In this document: positions 20,819 to 31,485 of the stretch, piece after piece
How the letters are laid out: each line of letters begins with the position of its first letter
Position numbering within the stretch: position 1 is the stretch's first letter
Assembly (NCBI RefSeq): GCF_001194135.2
Contig: NC_068988.1
Span: forward strand, 43,186,881-43,219,437
Length of the DNA: 32,557 nucleotides
Direction: 5' to 3'
DNA from: Octopus bimaculoides
Lineage: Eukaryota
The notes under the pieces: generated by a model
What the model was told of the DNA's origin: nothing
Seen by the model: only the letters and a program-made list of their open reading frames with translations
Databases searched by the model: none
Program-made: the position numbers and the translations under genes

Positions 20819-21281
20819 GCAAATTTTTCTATCCCATCATACAACATTCCTGTCTCAATTTCGCTTAACGAAGGAATACTTGCTGGGTACGCAAGCCTTT
20901 ACATATATCTATTTCTATGCTCATAGCTGTCATATCGCTTTTCACTTAAACAGACGAAGTTTCTCGGTGCCATTTTTAGAAGGGATGAAAAGAGCAGAAA
21001 TAACAGAGAAGCAAGCCGTTTTTCAAGACCTGTTAGACATGCTAGCTATGTGATTTTAGCTACGTAAGCAATTCAGGTTGTTGTTTTTAAATAGTCAGGG
21101 GCTGGCTCTGTACTTTATTTTTAGGCATCCTTCGCAAAAATGTCAAGGACAGTGATCAGTAAACGAGAGATGGTGGTGGTGGTGGGGCGAAGTTGTGATA
21201 AAAAAAAAGTGGAGAATAAAGGAGAGAATGAGTATTCTGTATGAGGCGAAGGTGCGATGACAACAATCATTTCTGAAAACT

Positions 21282-21455
21282 GTATGTATGTATGTATGTA
21301 TGTATGTATGTATGTATGTATGCATGCATGCATGATATATATACATATTCGTGTGTCTGTATGTTTATCGATGTAATGTATGTCATATGTATCTGTGTAT
21401 ATACATTTTGTATATTGTGTGTGTGTATATGTATGGATGTATGCCTATATGTATG

Positions 21456-21498
<43 letters not shown>
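21282..21498. repeat. (TATG)n/(TA)n microsatellite running into a gap
   Basis: Direct reading. Confidence 0.9.
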
Positions 21499-22118
21499 NN
21501 NNNNNNNNNNNNNNNNNNNNNNNNNNNNNNNNNNNNNNNNNNNNNNNNNNNNNNNNNNNNNNNNNNNNNNNNNNNNNNNNNNNNNNNNNNNNNNNNNNNN
21601 NNNNNNNNNNNNNNNNNNNNNNNNNNNNNNNNNNNNNNNNNNNNNNNNNNNNNNNNNNNNNNNNNNNNNNNNNNNNNNNNNNNNNNNNNNNNNNNNNNNN
21701 NNNNNNNNNNNNNNNNNNNNNNNNNNNNNNNNNNNNNNNNNNNNNNNNNNNNNNNNNNNNNNNNNNNNNNNNNNNNNNNNNNNNNNNNNNNNNNNNNNNN
21801 NNNNNNNNNNNNNNNNNNNNNNNNNNNNNNNNNNNNNNNNNNNNNNNNNNNNNNNNNNNNNNNNNNNNNNNNNNNNNNNNNNNNNNNNNNNNNNNNNNNN
21901 NNNNNNNNNNNNNNNNNNNNNNNNNNNNNNNNNNNNNNNNNNNNNNNNNNNNNNNNNNNNNNNNNNNNNNNNNNNNNNNNNNNNNNNNNNNNNNNNNNNN
22001 NNNNNNNNNNNNNNNNNNNNNNNNNNNNNNNNNNNNNNNNNNNNNNNNNNNNNNNNNNNNNNNNNNNNNNNNNNNNNNNNNNNNNNNNNNNNNNNNNNNN
22101 NNNNNNNNNNNNNNNNNN
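21499..22118. other. Assembly gap within (TA)n
   Basis: N run. Confidence 1.
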
Positions 22119-22374
22119 TATATATATATATATATATGGGAGGTTAGTTCACAGGTGATCTAAAGGGTACCAAGCTCATAGCCAATACGGGAGTTATGGA
22201 ACCATTGTAGATTTCCGATATAGCGGATATATAATTGTTAATGAGGACAACAAGCGCAAATGGAAGATAAAGATCACAAGTCATATACATTTAAAGAAAA
22301 ATTTAAAGTCTTATAACTGTTTCTGGAATATCCCAAAATATGTAACATTCCGTCATCGGAGACAAATAGAGAAA

Positions 22375-23038
22375 ATGTGAAGAGAACCCATTTCTCGTCA
22401 CCAGTCACTATTCGATCCAAAAGGGTTCATTCATGAGACATGACAGAAAAGAAGAGCACACACTCACTCTCTGCGCGCGATTGAACTTGGAAAGTTTGTG
22501 AGAAACTCATTGACCCAATTTGCTGACATTTTCGATGATACGCAGTTGTCGATGAATGGTTGAATGACCAAATCCAAGCATTTCTGCTAGTTCTTCAACA
22601 GTTACGATGGGAGTTTGTTCCGCCAGGGTTTGCAGGACGTCCTCGTCAGAGCTCTACAGATCTTCCAGGACGAGGATCGTCTTCTAGGCTGTAGCTTCCG
22701 CCTCGGAATTTCTGGAACCACCGTTGACACCGGCTTACGCTTATTGTCTGATCCCATACACTGCATTAACATTCCTCGCACTTTCCGTTGCCTTGTTGCC
22801 TTTATTGAACTCATAAAGCAAAATATGCCGAATATGCTCCTTAGTCACTTTCATTATAGCTTTGAAAAAATAACTGTGAAAATGGAACTGCACTCTTCAA
22901 AACTTGCACTAAGAATAAGGTCAAGGTAAATTTACTACCTGCCTTTATAGCAAGTTGATGCAGGTAGTTTATCCCGTCTCCTTCTGACTTTTAGTTCATG
23001 CAACTGTAAAAGACCTCATTGTTTATGGAATGATCCAA
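22375..23038 (-). mobile_element. Mariner (Tc1/mariner) DNA transposon, 5' end intact, 3'-truncated
   Basis: Minus strand starts TA|TTGGATCATTCCATAAACAATGAGGTC (mariner-type TIR-like start), followed by the transposase remnant. Confidence 0.85.
22381..22854 (-). pseudogene. Mariner transposase remnant (HTH to first catalytic Asp)
   Basis: MKVTKEHIRHILLYEFNKGNKATESARNVNAVYG/QTISVSRCQRWFQKFRGGSYSLEDDPRPGRS/DEDVLQTLAEQTPIVTVEELAEMLGFGHSTIHRQL..I..VSKLGQ*VSHKLS...RVSVCSS..../RIVTGDEKWVL. The WVPHEL-like and TGDEKW motifs are diagnostic; frameshifted. Confidence 0.9.
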
Positions 23039-23044
23039 TATATA

Positions 23045-23135
23045 CACGACAAGCTTCTGCGTATTAATTACCGTCTACCAAATTTGCTGCGAGGAATTGG
23101 TCAGCCCGAGTCTATATAAGAGGATTCTCGACTAA
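23045..23135 (-). mobile_element. SINE family A body fragment (old)
   Basis: CGACAAGCTTC...CCGTCTACCAAAT...TTGGTCAGCCCGAG aligns with 25800-25860. Confidence 0.6.
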
Positions 23136-23307
23136 GTTGACCCCCCCCCCCCATAGAACTCAAAATTATGTGACTACGAAACAAACTTCCTTCAGACACA
23201 GCGCCTATTAAATGAACAATGTTTCTCAAGCGGTCACCTATATAAGTATTAATTGGGTTGGACGTTGCTTTACTTCAGTGCTCACACGTGAACCAATGTT
23301 ATGAATG

Positions 23308-23390
23308 TGACATACATATATACATACATACATACATACATACATACACACGCACACACATACATGCTTATATACATACACATTCATGCA

Positions 23391-23435
<45 letters not shown>

Positions 23436-23485
23436 GTCTGTCTCTGTCTGTCTGTCTGTCCGTCTGTCTATCTATCTATCTGTCT
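23308..23485. repeat. (TACA)n-(CTAT)n-(CTGT)n compound microsatellite
   Basis: Direct reading. Confidence 0.95.
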
Positions 23486-23619
23486 TTCTCTTTGAATCGT
23501 GTGTAAGTATTTATGTATGCGTATATATATTCCTGGTAATGTTCGAGTGTGTGTATGTGTGTGTTTGCGCGCACCCGCGACAAAAATTGGTAGTGTCGAC
23601 TTGCGATATGTATTCCGGC

Positions 23620-23790
23620 TGATTGCGCTTTGATTTCAAGTTCAGTCCGGGTAGTTAAATCACACCAAGCCAGACTTGCGGTATCGGCTTCTCTTTGCAA
23701 TCGGGCAACATGTGCTATAGGTATAAACTTTGAGGACCAAAGAATGTGATCAAATTCGCATCTCTTCTTTTGCAGTCTACAACAAACCCG
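23620..23790 (-). mobile_element. Possible decayed LINE APE-endonuclease C-terminal fragment (RTE-like)
   Basis: FDHILWSSKF...ARLQREADTAS...RTELEIK loosely parallels IDHILVSRRF...RV.RGAD.GSDH...KLRLKLK. The catalytic SDH is absent. Confidence 0.3.
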
Positions 23791-23847
23791 CATTCACAAT
23801 ATCCCATATAACGTAGCATTTAAGCGGATATTTCTCTTTTCCTTTTT

Positions 23848-24165
23848 GACACACCGTCGGTTGCGACGACGACAAGGGTTGCCTTTGACCCGATCAATGG
23901 AACAGACAGCTTGTGAAATTAAATTGTACGTGGCTCAGCACTTCACTGATACGGGTACTCTTAACGTAGTTCTCAAGGAGATTCAGCGTGACACAGAATG
24001 TGACAAGACTGGCCCTTTGAATTACAGGTAATACTCATTTTTACTAGGTGAGTGGACCGGAGCAATGTGTATTAAAGTGTCTGGCTCAATGACACAACGG
24101 ACCACTGGGAATCGAACTCACAATCTTACGATCGTGGACAGAATACCCTAACCACTAAGCCACGC
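23848..24165 (-). mobile_element. SINE family C (full length, inverted)
   Basis: Reverse complement aligns end to end with 8408-8721. Confidence 0.9.
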
Positions 24166-24224
24166 ATATTCACCTTAGCAGATTTTATATACGAAAGAAA
24201 TGAAAGACTAACGAGATGTGCAAA

Positions 24225-24322
24225 ACGCACGCACGCACGCACGCACACACGCACGCACGCACACACGCACGCACACACACACACACACACAGACACACAG
24301 ACACACACACACACACACACAA
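24225..24322. repeat. (CACG)n-(CA)n microsatellite
   Basis: Direct reading. Confidence 0.95.
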
Positions 24323-24793
24323 AGACCGAGTCACACATTCGCATTTTCACACACTCGATAGACTAGTCATTATACGGCAACTTATGAAAAATGACTGTGT
24401 GCGTACGCGTGTAATGCGTGTGTCCGTGTGTGAAAGAGAGAAAAAGAGGAATACGTATATGTGCCTCTGCATGTGTATGCGCGCGCGCGAATGAGTGGAG
24501 GCGGGGGGCAGAGACCGCGAGTGGGTATTGTGTGTGTGTTTGGTAGGAGGGGGATGTATTCGGGTACGTCTGTCTGTATTAATACAAACTTACATATTCG
24601 AGTAATAGTGTGGACGTGTCTGTGTGAACTCGTGTGTACTTTTGCTTTCTTTTTCTCTTTTTGTGTGCTTGTACATATATATTTGTACATATTTACGTGC
24701 GTTGATACGGTTGCTTGTGTTTGTACGTATGTGTGTATGTATGGGTGTAAGAATACACACACACACACACACACATCTCTCTCTCTATGTATG

Positions 24794-24834
<41 letters not shown>

Positions 24835-24994
24835 NNNNNNNNNNNNNNNNNNNNNNNNNNNNNNNNNNNNNNNNNNNNNNNNNNNNNNNNNNNNNNNNNN
24901 NNNNNNNNNNNNNNNNNNNNNNNNNNNNNNNNNNNNNNNNNNNNNNNNNNNNNNNNNNNNNNNNNNNNNNNNNNNNNNNNNNNNNNNNNNNNNN
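24835..24994. other. Assembly gap after (TA)n
   Basis: N run. Confidence 1.
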
Positions 24995-25167
24995 GGTGGG
25001 GGTAGATATTGGGGTTATCTCCTTGAAATAATGGCGTGATTCTTCAAGCGGTATACGCATGCGCACCGTTGTGACGTAAAACAATGAATTCGACGTGGCC
25101 GTGGTAATTGAAATGTCTTTAACAGAAAGCATTTTCAAAAATAAACGAAAGAGAAAGAAAATAAGAA

Positions 25168-25168
25168 A

Positions 25169-25219
<51 letters not shown>

Positions 25220-25240
25220 GATAGAGAAGAAGAGAGAAAG
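25168..25240. repeat. (GA)n microsatellite
   Basis: Direct reading. Confidence 0.9.
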
Positions 25241-25464
25241 TCGGAAGGAGAGAGTTATCTTTGGTGTCAGATTTGCTGACGAAACAACTAATGTGTAAGC
25301 GTTGTTTAATAAACGAAGTTCGTATTCTTGGTTACAGTTGGCAAACTTCTTTTGTTCATTTTTTTTCTTTTTATTTGTTTAATTAATATTTTATATATTA
25401 TTCATTTGTTTAATTTTAGTTTTGTTTAATTTTAGCTATTTCATTCTTTATTTCTTTTATCCTT

Positions 25465-25560
25465 TATTTGCTTCTCTCATTGAACAGCAGCCATGATGGG
25501 GCACCGCCTTGAAAGGTTTTAACGGAACGAATCTACCCCATTACTTAAATCTGGTACTTA
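25465..25560 (-). mobile_element. Old SINE family A 3' fragment
   Basis: CAGCAGCCATGATGGGGCACCGCCTTGAA...CTGGTACTTATTC is the inverted A 3' end. Confidence 0.65.
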
Positions 25561-25938
25561 TTCTTTTACTCTTTTACTTGTTTCAGTCATTTGACTGCGG
25601 CCATGCTGGAGCACCGCCTTTAGTCAAGCTAATCGACCCAAAGACTTATTCTTTGTAAGCTTAGTACTTATTCTATCGTTCTCTTTTTGCCGAACCACTA
25701 AGTTACAGGGACGTAAACGCACCAGCATCGGTTGTCAAGCGATGGTGGGGGGATAAACACAGACACACAAACACACATACATATATGTATACATATATAC
25801 GACGGGCTTCTTTCAGTTTCCGTCTACCAAATCCACTCACAAGGCTTTGGTCAGCCCGAGGCTATAGTAGAAGACACTTGCCCAAGGTGCCACGCAGTGG
25901 GACTGAACCCAGAACCATGTGGTTGGTAAGCAAGCTAC
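25561..25938 (-). mobile_element. SINE family A, young copy, extreme 5' end missing
   Basis: Close reverse-complement match to 6592-6972, from TTTTACTTGTTTCAGTCATTTGACTGCGGCC to ...CCATGTGGTTGGTAAGCAAGCTAC. Confidence 0.92.
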
Positions 25939-25954
25939 CATTTTTTTTCTTTTG

Positions 25955-26225
25955 CTAGACCGCTTGATTACAGTTAAGTAAAACACGAACACCAGTTGTC
26001 AAGTGGTGTATGTGTGTGTGTGAGGGAGTTACACAAACAAACAGACACACACACACATACATACATATGATAAGCTTCCACTCGTTTTCCCTCAACTAAA
26101 TTAACCCCAAAGCACTGGTTAGCTCGGAACTATAATAAAAGACGTTTGACCAAGGTACCGCAGGAGTGATACTGAATCCAGAACCACGTGATTGCAAGGT
26201 GAGCTTAATAACCACACACAGCCAT
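25955..26225 (-). mobile_element. SINE family A, old copy
   Basis: CACCAGTTGTCAAGTGGTG...GACCAAGGTACCGCAGGAGTGATACTGAATCCAGAACCACGTGATTGC...AACCACACACAGCCATG. Confidence 0.7.
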
Positions 26226-26721
26226 GAAGAACAAACCATAAATTTTCTGAAATATATTAAACAAACTTTCAGAAGCTTGAAGTTATATATATCTCCTGAG
26301 CTTTCCCCCTCCGCAGCTAAACCAATCCAACTTTTTTCAATCTCCTTTTTTCAGAGACTCTCTTTCAATACTTACCACTCTTTTCTTTAGTTTCTTCTTC
26401 TCTCTGATATGGAACGCTCTCGTTACACACAGAAACAAACATTAAATCCGACAACAGTAGTTATTCTATTATTAGTGGAGAGTATTCATGCGAGGAGTAA
26501 GCCGTTCTAATTAGATGATTTGTCTCGTGAGCTTCTTTGCTCGTCTCGTAGCAGACGTCTGTCGTAATTGACAACAGAATAGAAGCAGGCCAAGCTATTT
26601 TGGCCGAGGATCGTTCTCAGTCTACTGAAAGTTGCTGTTTGAGAAATCCACGAACAAGTGGGACATCACTAATGTTTCATTTGTTCACGTCTCATTTGAA
26701 CATAGAGTTAATGATTACGCT

Positions 26722-26915
26722 GAAATCGCTCGTGAAACTGGCCAGTAGTATAGTCAGCAGGAGCGCACAGATCGGAGGATCGTTATCCTGCCGGCCGGAC
26801 CAAATGCTTAGCAGCATGTCTTCCGGTTTTGTTTACGTTCTGAATTCAAATTCCATTGAAGCAGACTTAGCCCTTCATCCTTTCAGGTTGAATAAAATAA
26901 AGTACCAGTCAAACA
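26722..26915 (+). mobile_element. SINE family B variant (block X)
   Basis: GGATCGTTATCCTGCCGGCCGGACCAAATGCTTAGCAGC...TTCTGAATTCAAATTCC...CTTCATCCTTTCAGGTTGAATAAAATAAAGTACCAG. Confidence 0.75.
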
Positions 26916-26951
26916 TTACCAGTGGACTAAGGTAACAGATTTCTGTTATTG

Positions 26952-27243
26952 TTTCGCGTTCATATTAACCTTTACCTTTTTTTTTCATTTAGGTGGTGAA
27001 TGGGCAGAAACGTTAGCAGGTGAAGCAAAATGCTTAGCGGTATTTCTAAGGCGACAAGCTGGCGAAGCTGGCAAAGCACTTAGCAACATTTCATCCGTCT
27101 TAACGTTCTCAAATTTTGCCGACGTCAACTTTGTCTTTCATCCTTTCGGTGTTGATAAAAATAAATACCGGTTGAGTACTGATGCCGATGTAATCGACTA
27201 GACCCCCCCCCCTCCCCTCAAATTTCCTGGCCTTGTACTAATA
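26952..27243 (+). mobile_element. Block Y: unique leader + truncated SINE B head + second SINE B
   Basis: TTTCGCGTTCATATTAA...GGTGGTGAATGGGCAGAAACGTTAGC...GGTATTTCTAAGGCGACAAGCTGGC...core...GGCCTTGTAC. Confidence 0.75.
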
Positions 27244-27357
27244 GTATAGAGAAAGAATTATGTAAGATTTCAAAACCCAGTGAAGTCAACTTCGTCTTTG
27301 ATTTTTCGTGTGGAGGGGCAGGATATAGATATAAATATATATAAGTACCTCTTACAT

Positions 27358-27474
27358 ACGTAAACAAAGCCGGAAGACATACTGCTAAGCATTTTGTCCG
27401 GCCGGCAGGATAACGATCCTTCGATCTGTACGCTTCTGCTGACCACGCTACCGACCAGTTTCACGAGCGGTTTC
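27358..27474 (-). repeat. Inverted copy of block X 5' part (X')
   Basis: Reverse complement GAAACCGCTCGTGAAACTGGTCGGTAGCGTGGTCAGCAGAAGCGTACAGATCGAAGGATCGTTATCCTGCCGGCCGGACAAAATGC aligns with 26722-26840, including the atypical 5' leader. Confidence 0.85.
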
Positions 27475-27768
27475 GCGTTCGTATTAAATTTGTCCTTTTT
27501 TCATTTTGGTGGTGAGTGGGCAGAATCTTTTTAGCACGCCGAGCAAAATGTTAAGCACTATTTCTAAAGCGGCAATCTGGCAAGTCGGACAAAGCACTTG
27601 GCGATATTTCTACCGTCTTTACGTTCTCAAATTCTGCCGACATCAACTTTGCCTTTCGTCGTTTCGGCATTGATAAAACAAATACCTGTTGAGTACAGGG
27701 GTCGATATAATCGACTTATCTCTCCTCTGAAATTGCTGGCCTTGTGCAAAAATTTGAAAGCATATTAA
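27471..27768 (+). repeat. Direct copy of block Y (Y')
   Basis: Same unique leader TTTCGCGTTCGTATTAA...TTTTTTCATTTTGGTGGTGAGTGGGCAGAA and the same double-head junction TATTTCTAAAGCGGCAATCTGGC. Confidence 0.8.
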
Positions 27769-28134
27769 ACCTTTCTGTTATATTTCATAAAACAACAAAG
27801 AGTTTGGGAATCTAGGATTGTTGTTTGTCAGAATAGAGAAAAAACTTGAAACATAGAGAATAGAGTTAACACAATTCACCGAAAATTTCTCACAGGAGTC
27901 GCACAAGAACGCCTGTATGGTGACACCCATTCGGTATTTAATGGAGTCGAGATCTCTGGCTTCGGACCCATGTTCAGAACTCAATGTTCTTATAGTTATT
28001 GTAGTAGTTGTATTTGTATTTTCATTTGTTGTAGTTGTCACTTTTATGTTGGTTACATTGATATCGGTGTCTCCGAAAGAACAAAACAATGGCGACAGAG
28101 CAGTAAGACATGAATGCTCACAAATACACTTGCA

Positions 28135-28152
28135 CTTACACACACACTCACA

Positions 28153-28183
<31 letters not shown>

Positions 28184-28300
28184 CAAGACACACACACACA
28201 CATACTCTCTCTCACACACACACATACTCTCTCTCACACACACACACACACATACACACACCAAGACACACACACACATACTCACACAGACGCACTCACA
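28135..28300. repeat. (CA)n-rich tract with duplicated CACCAAGACACACACACACATACTC unit
   Basis: Direct reading. Confidence 0.9.
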
Positions 28301-28438
28301 CATGCGCCTTTATACTTGCACATATTCATAGATATATTTACACACGCGCACATAATAATGAATAGATTTGCAGACACCCCTGCAATTACAACTATAACCA
28401 TACCTACACAGATTTTACACACCTACCTACAAACAGGC

Positions 28439-29292
28439 TCGGCCGTGTGGTACGTAGCTTCGAGCCATTGCTGTGGAAGTTGGAGGCGATAGAGGGCGCA
28501 CTGCATGATCTATGGTGTGGAAGAGGAGCTACGGCGTATGCGGATGACATCACCATCAGCGTGACGGATGAGGGCCAGTTTCCAATGGTGGAAGAGGCTA
28601 TCAAAATTTACGAGGCGGTGGTAGGAGTAAAGATTAACAAGGACAAGTCGATCGGTTTGCAACTCGGCACCTGGAGGGGCAAGCCGATGCCGTCCAATAA
28701 CGTCGTTGGGCGTTGGACGGAAGGTCCTGTTAAGCTGCTTGGAGTCTGGTTGGGGCCAGGCCTCCAGACAGAGAAAAATTGGAGCGAGGTGACCAGCAGG
28801 GTGACTGCTCTAACCCAGACCTGGTCTGGGCGGGCGTTATCCTTGCTAGGAAAGGCGGAGGTGATGCAGATGTTTATAGCATCGGTTATCACCTACCGTC
28901 TGACCGTAGTGCCTTGCCCCGATTTGTGGCTGAACAAGTTGGAAAGAATCCTTTTCCGCTTTTTGTGGAAGGGAGGAAAGTCACTCGTGAAGCGCTCTGT
29001 TTGCTGCCAGAAACCACTAAAGGGTGGATTAGGGATGCCTTAGCTGAGGATGCGAAAATTCGCGTTAAGGTTGAGACACCTTTGGCTTTACTTGGATGGA
29101 GAGCAGGTGTGGTCACCGCACGTCTGGCTCTACCTTCTGCATATTTCTTGTCCTTAGCGACACGTAGACATGGTGGAGCTATGTTGTGCTTAGCCCCCTC
29201 CTCCCCTGTTAGAATTTCAGCCTCTCCCGTTTGTGAATTTGCGTTATTCACTCTTGGAAGAATGCAGTACCTCACAGGTGAAAACTACTTTT
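28439..29292 (+). mobile_element. Tx1/L1-clade LINE ORF2 fragment (RT YADD motif to thumb), 5'-truncated
   Basis: ORF 28447-29043: FEPLL...ATAYADDITISV...YEAVVGVKINKDKS.GL.LG.W...VKLLGVWLG...KNWSEV...W..RALSLLGKA.V...IASVI.Y.L.V...LERILFRFLWKG...V.R..C......GGLGMP, typical of L1/Tx1 RTs. A stop at 29041-29043, then the frame continues as LRMRKFALRLRHLW; higher GC than the surroundings. Ends in poly(A) at a gap. Confidence 0.9.
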
Positions 29293-29314
29293 AACAAAAA
29301 AAAAAAAAAAAAAA

Positions 29315-30146
29315 ANNNNNNNNNNNNNNNNNNNNNNNNNNNNNNNNNNNNNNNNNNNNNNNNNNNNNNNNNNNNNNNNNNNNNNNNNNNNNNNNNNNNN
29401 NNNNNNNNNNNNNNNNNNNNNNNNNNNNNNNNNNNNNNNNNNNNNNNNNNNNNNNNNNNNNNNNNNNNNNNNNNNNNNNNNNNNNNNNNNNNNNNNNNNN
29501 NNNNNNNNNNNNNNNNNNNNNNNNNNNNNNNNNNNNNNNNNNNNNNNNNNNNNNNNNNNNNNNNNNNNNNNNNNNNNNNNNNNNNNNNNNNNNNNNNNNN
29601 NNNNNNNNNNNNNNNNNNNNNNNNNNNNNNNNNNNNNNNNNNNNNNNNNNNNNNNNNNNNNNNNNNNNNNNNNNNNNNNNNNNNNNNNNNNNNNNNNNNN
29701 NNNNNNNNNNNNNNNNNNNNNNNNNNNNNNNNNNNNNNNNNNNNNNNNNNNNNNNNNNNNNNNNNNNNNNNNNNNNNNNNNNNNNNNNNNNNNNNNNNNN
29801 NNNNNNNNNNNNNNNNNNNNNNNNNNNNNNNNNNNNNNNNNNNNNNNNNNNNNNNNNNNNNNNNNNNNNNNNNNNNNNNNNNNNNNNNNNNNNNNNNNNN
29901 NNNNNNNNNNNNNNNNNNNNNNNNNNNNNNNNNNNNNNNNNNNNNNNNNNNNNNNNNNNNNNNNNNNNNNNNNNNNNNNNNNNNNNNNNNNNNNNNNNNN
30001 NNNNNNNNNNNNNNNNNNNNNNNNNNNNNNNNNNNNNNNNNNNNNNNNNNNNNNNNNNNNNNNNNNNNNNNNNNNNNNNNNNNNNNNNNNNNNNNNNNNN
30101 NNNNNNNNNNNNNNNNNNNNNNNNNNNNNNNNNNNNNNNNNNNNNN
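29315..30146. other. Assembly gap
   Basis: N run. Confidence 1.
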
Positions 30147-30178
30147 TAATTCAAATATACATAAATTTTAAGAAATTG

Positions 30179-30923
30179 GGATCTAGCCTTTTCCCATTTG
30201 CAAAATGCGCCCCACTTAATTTTGCTCAGATTACTTTCAATTTTGGTGTATGAATGCAACTCTGAATTTTGATTACGATCAACCAATCACTTTATCTCGT
30301 AAATTAAAGAATCTATTATTTGGAATTAAAGTTGAGAAATTTGGGTGATTTTAGCCAATCAACAGACAGCGTGGCATTAGCAGCATGTCACCATGGCAAC
30401 CGCCGCTGTCTGTGTTGATTTTTCTGACTTGATTCTTCACACCACGAGATTCTTTTCACCCGCGTGTTTTGTTTTAATTTTTCTGTGTTTGTATATTACA
30501 TATTTTTCTGTGCTTCTGTGTGTTAGTTTTTTTCTGTGTGTTAGTATTTTTACATATTTTTCATTTCATATAATTTTTGGATCCATTGTCTCAGATAACT
30601 GGATTTATGATTTCGCTAGATAAATTCTATTCATAAAACTTTAAACAAGGAGTATTTCTTAAACCGTTAGCTTCACATTTCAACAGTTTAACTGAAATTT
30701 AGCCCACGCAAGAGGAACTGAGTGGGATATCGTAGAATAGAGAAACTATGGGTGATACAGATCATGACATTATTTTTGAATTCTGCATGCAAAAGCATAT
30801 GAAATACAGGTATTTTTTCCTTAGAACAAATTCTTTGTTGACCAGTGTTATTCTTATCGTAGTTTACAAATCCAAGAATGAAAACGTTACTCAACTTTAG
30901 AGTTTTGGAGACAGAGGCCCCCT

Positions 30924-30961
<38 letters not shown>

Positions 30962-31485
30962 NNNNNNNNNNNNNNNNNNNNNNNNNNNNNNNNNNNNNNN
31001 NNNNNNNNNNNNNNNNNNNNNNACACACACACACGCACACACACACGCACACACACACACGCACACACACACACACACATACACACATACATGCACTTAT
31101 ATATTAATGATGTACACAAATACATGACAGGTATACATAATACTGAAATACGCATAAAGTAAACGCATACAATCAATGAAGAGACAAATGAAACAGTAAG
31201 ATGATGCATGTTTATTTAGAAACCTACAATAAACAGGTCAGACGCTAAACTATAAATTTCACAGGGTACAACCTTAAAGTTGACACCACTCCGCTAAACG
31301 CAGAAAATTTCTGTCTCGCTATTGGCTAAAAAAAAAAAAAANNNNNNNNNNNNNNNNNNNNNNNNTTTTTTTTCTCTGCAACATCATACCTTCAAAGCAA
31401 TGAGGTTACATTATCATAGCCGATTTTCAGATTTTTTACTTCCGTTTAAAAAATGCATATTTTGCAAATGGAAAAAACTAGATCC
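30179..31485 (-). mobile_element. Composite non-autonomous DNA transposon, copy 2 (both TIRs and TSD present; about 500-bp internal insertion)
   Basis: Left GGATCTAGCCTTTTCCCATTTGCAAAAT (from 30179) versus right ATTTTGCAAATGGAAAAAACTAGATCC (to 31485). Exact 8-bp TSD AGAAATTG at 30171-30178 and 31486-31493. Interior colinear with copy 1. Sequence 30912-31411 is absent from copy 1. Confidence 0.85.

Noticed and set aside
22602-22929. ORFs 22602-22814 (-) and 22615-22929 (+)
   Set aside because: Off-frame and antisense readings of the mariner transposase remnant.
26250-26430. Possible Jockey/CR1 LINE 3' remnant (SPELS...SF....WNAL-like)
   Set aside because: Similarity too weak and short to support without a search.
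28404-29294. Overlapping ORFs around the Tx1 RT (28404-28604, 28608-28892, 28779-29294, 28889-29275)
   Set aside because: Alternative or antisense frames of the GC-richer LINE RT; no independent motifs.
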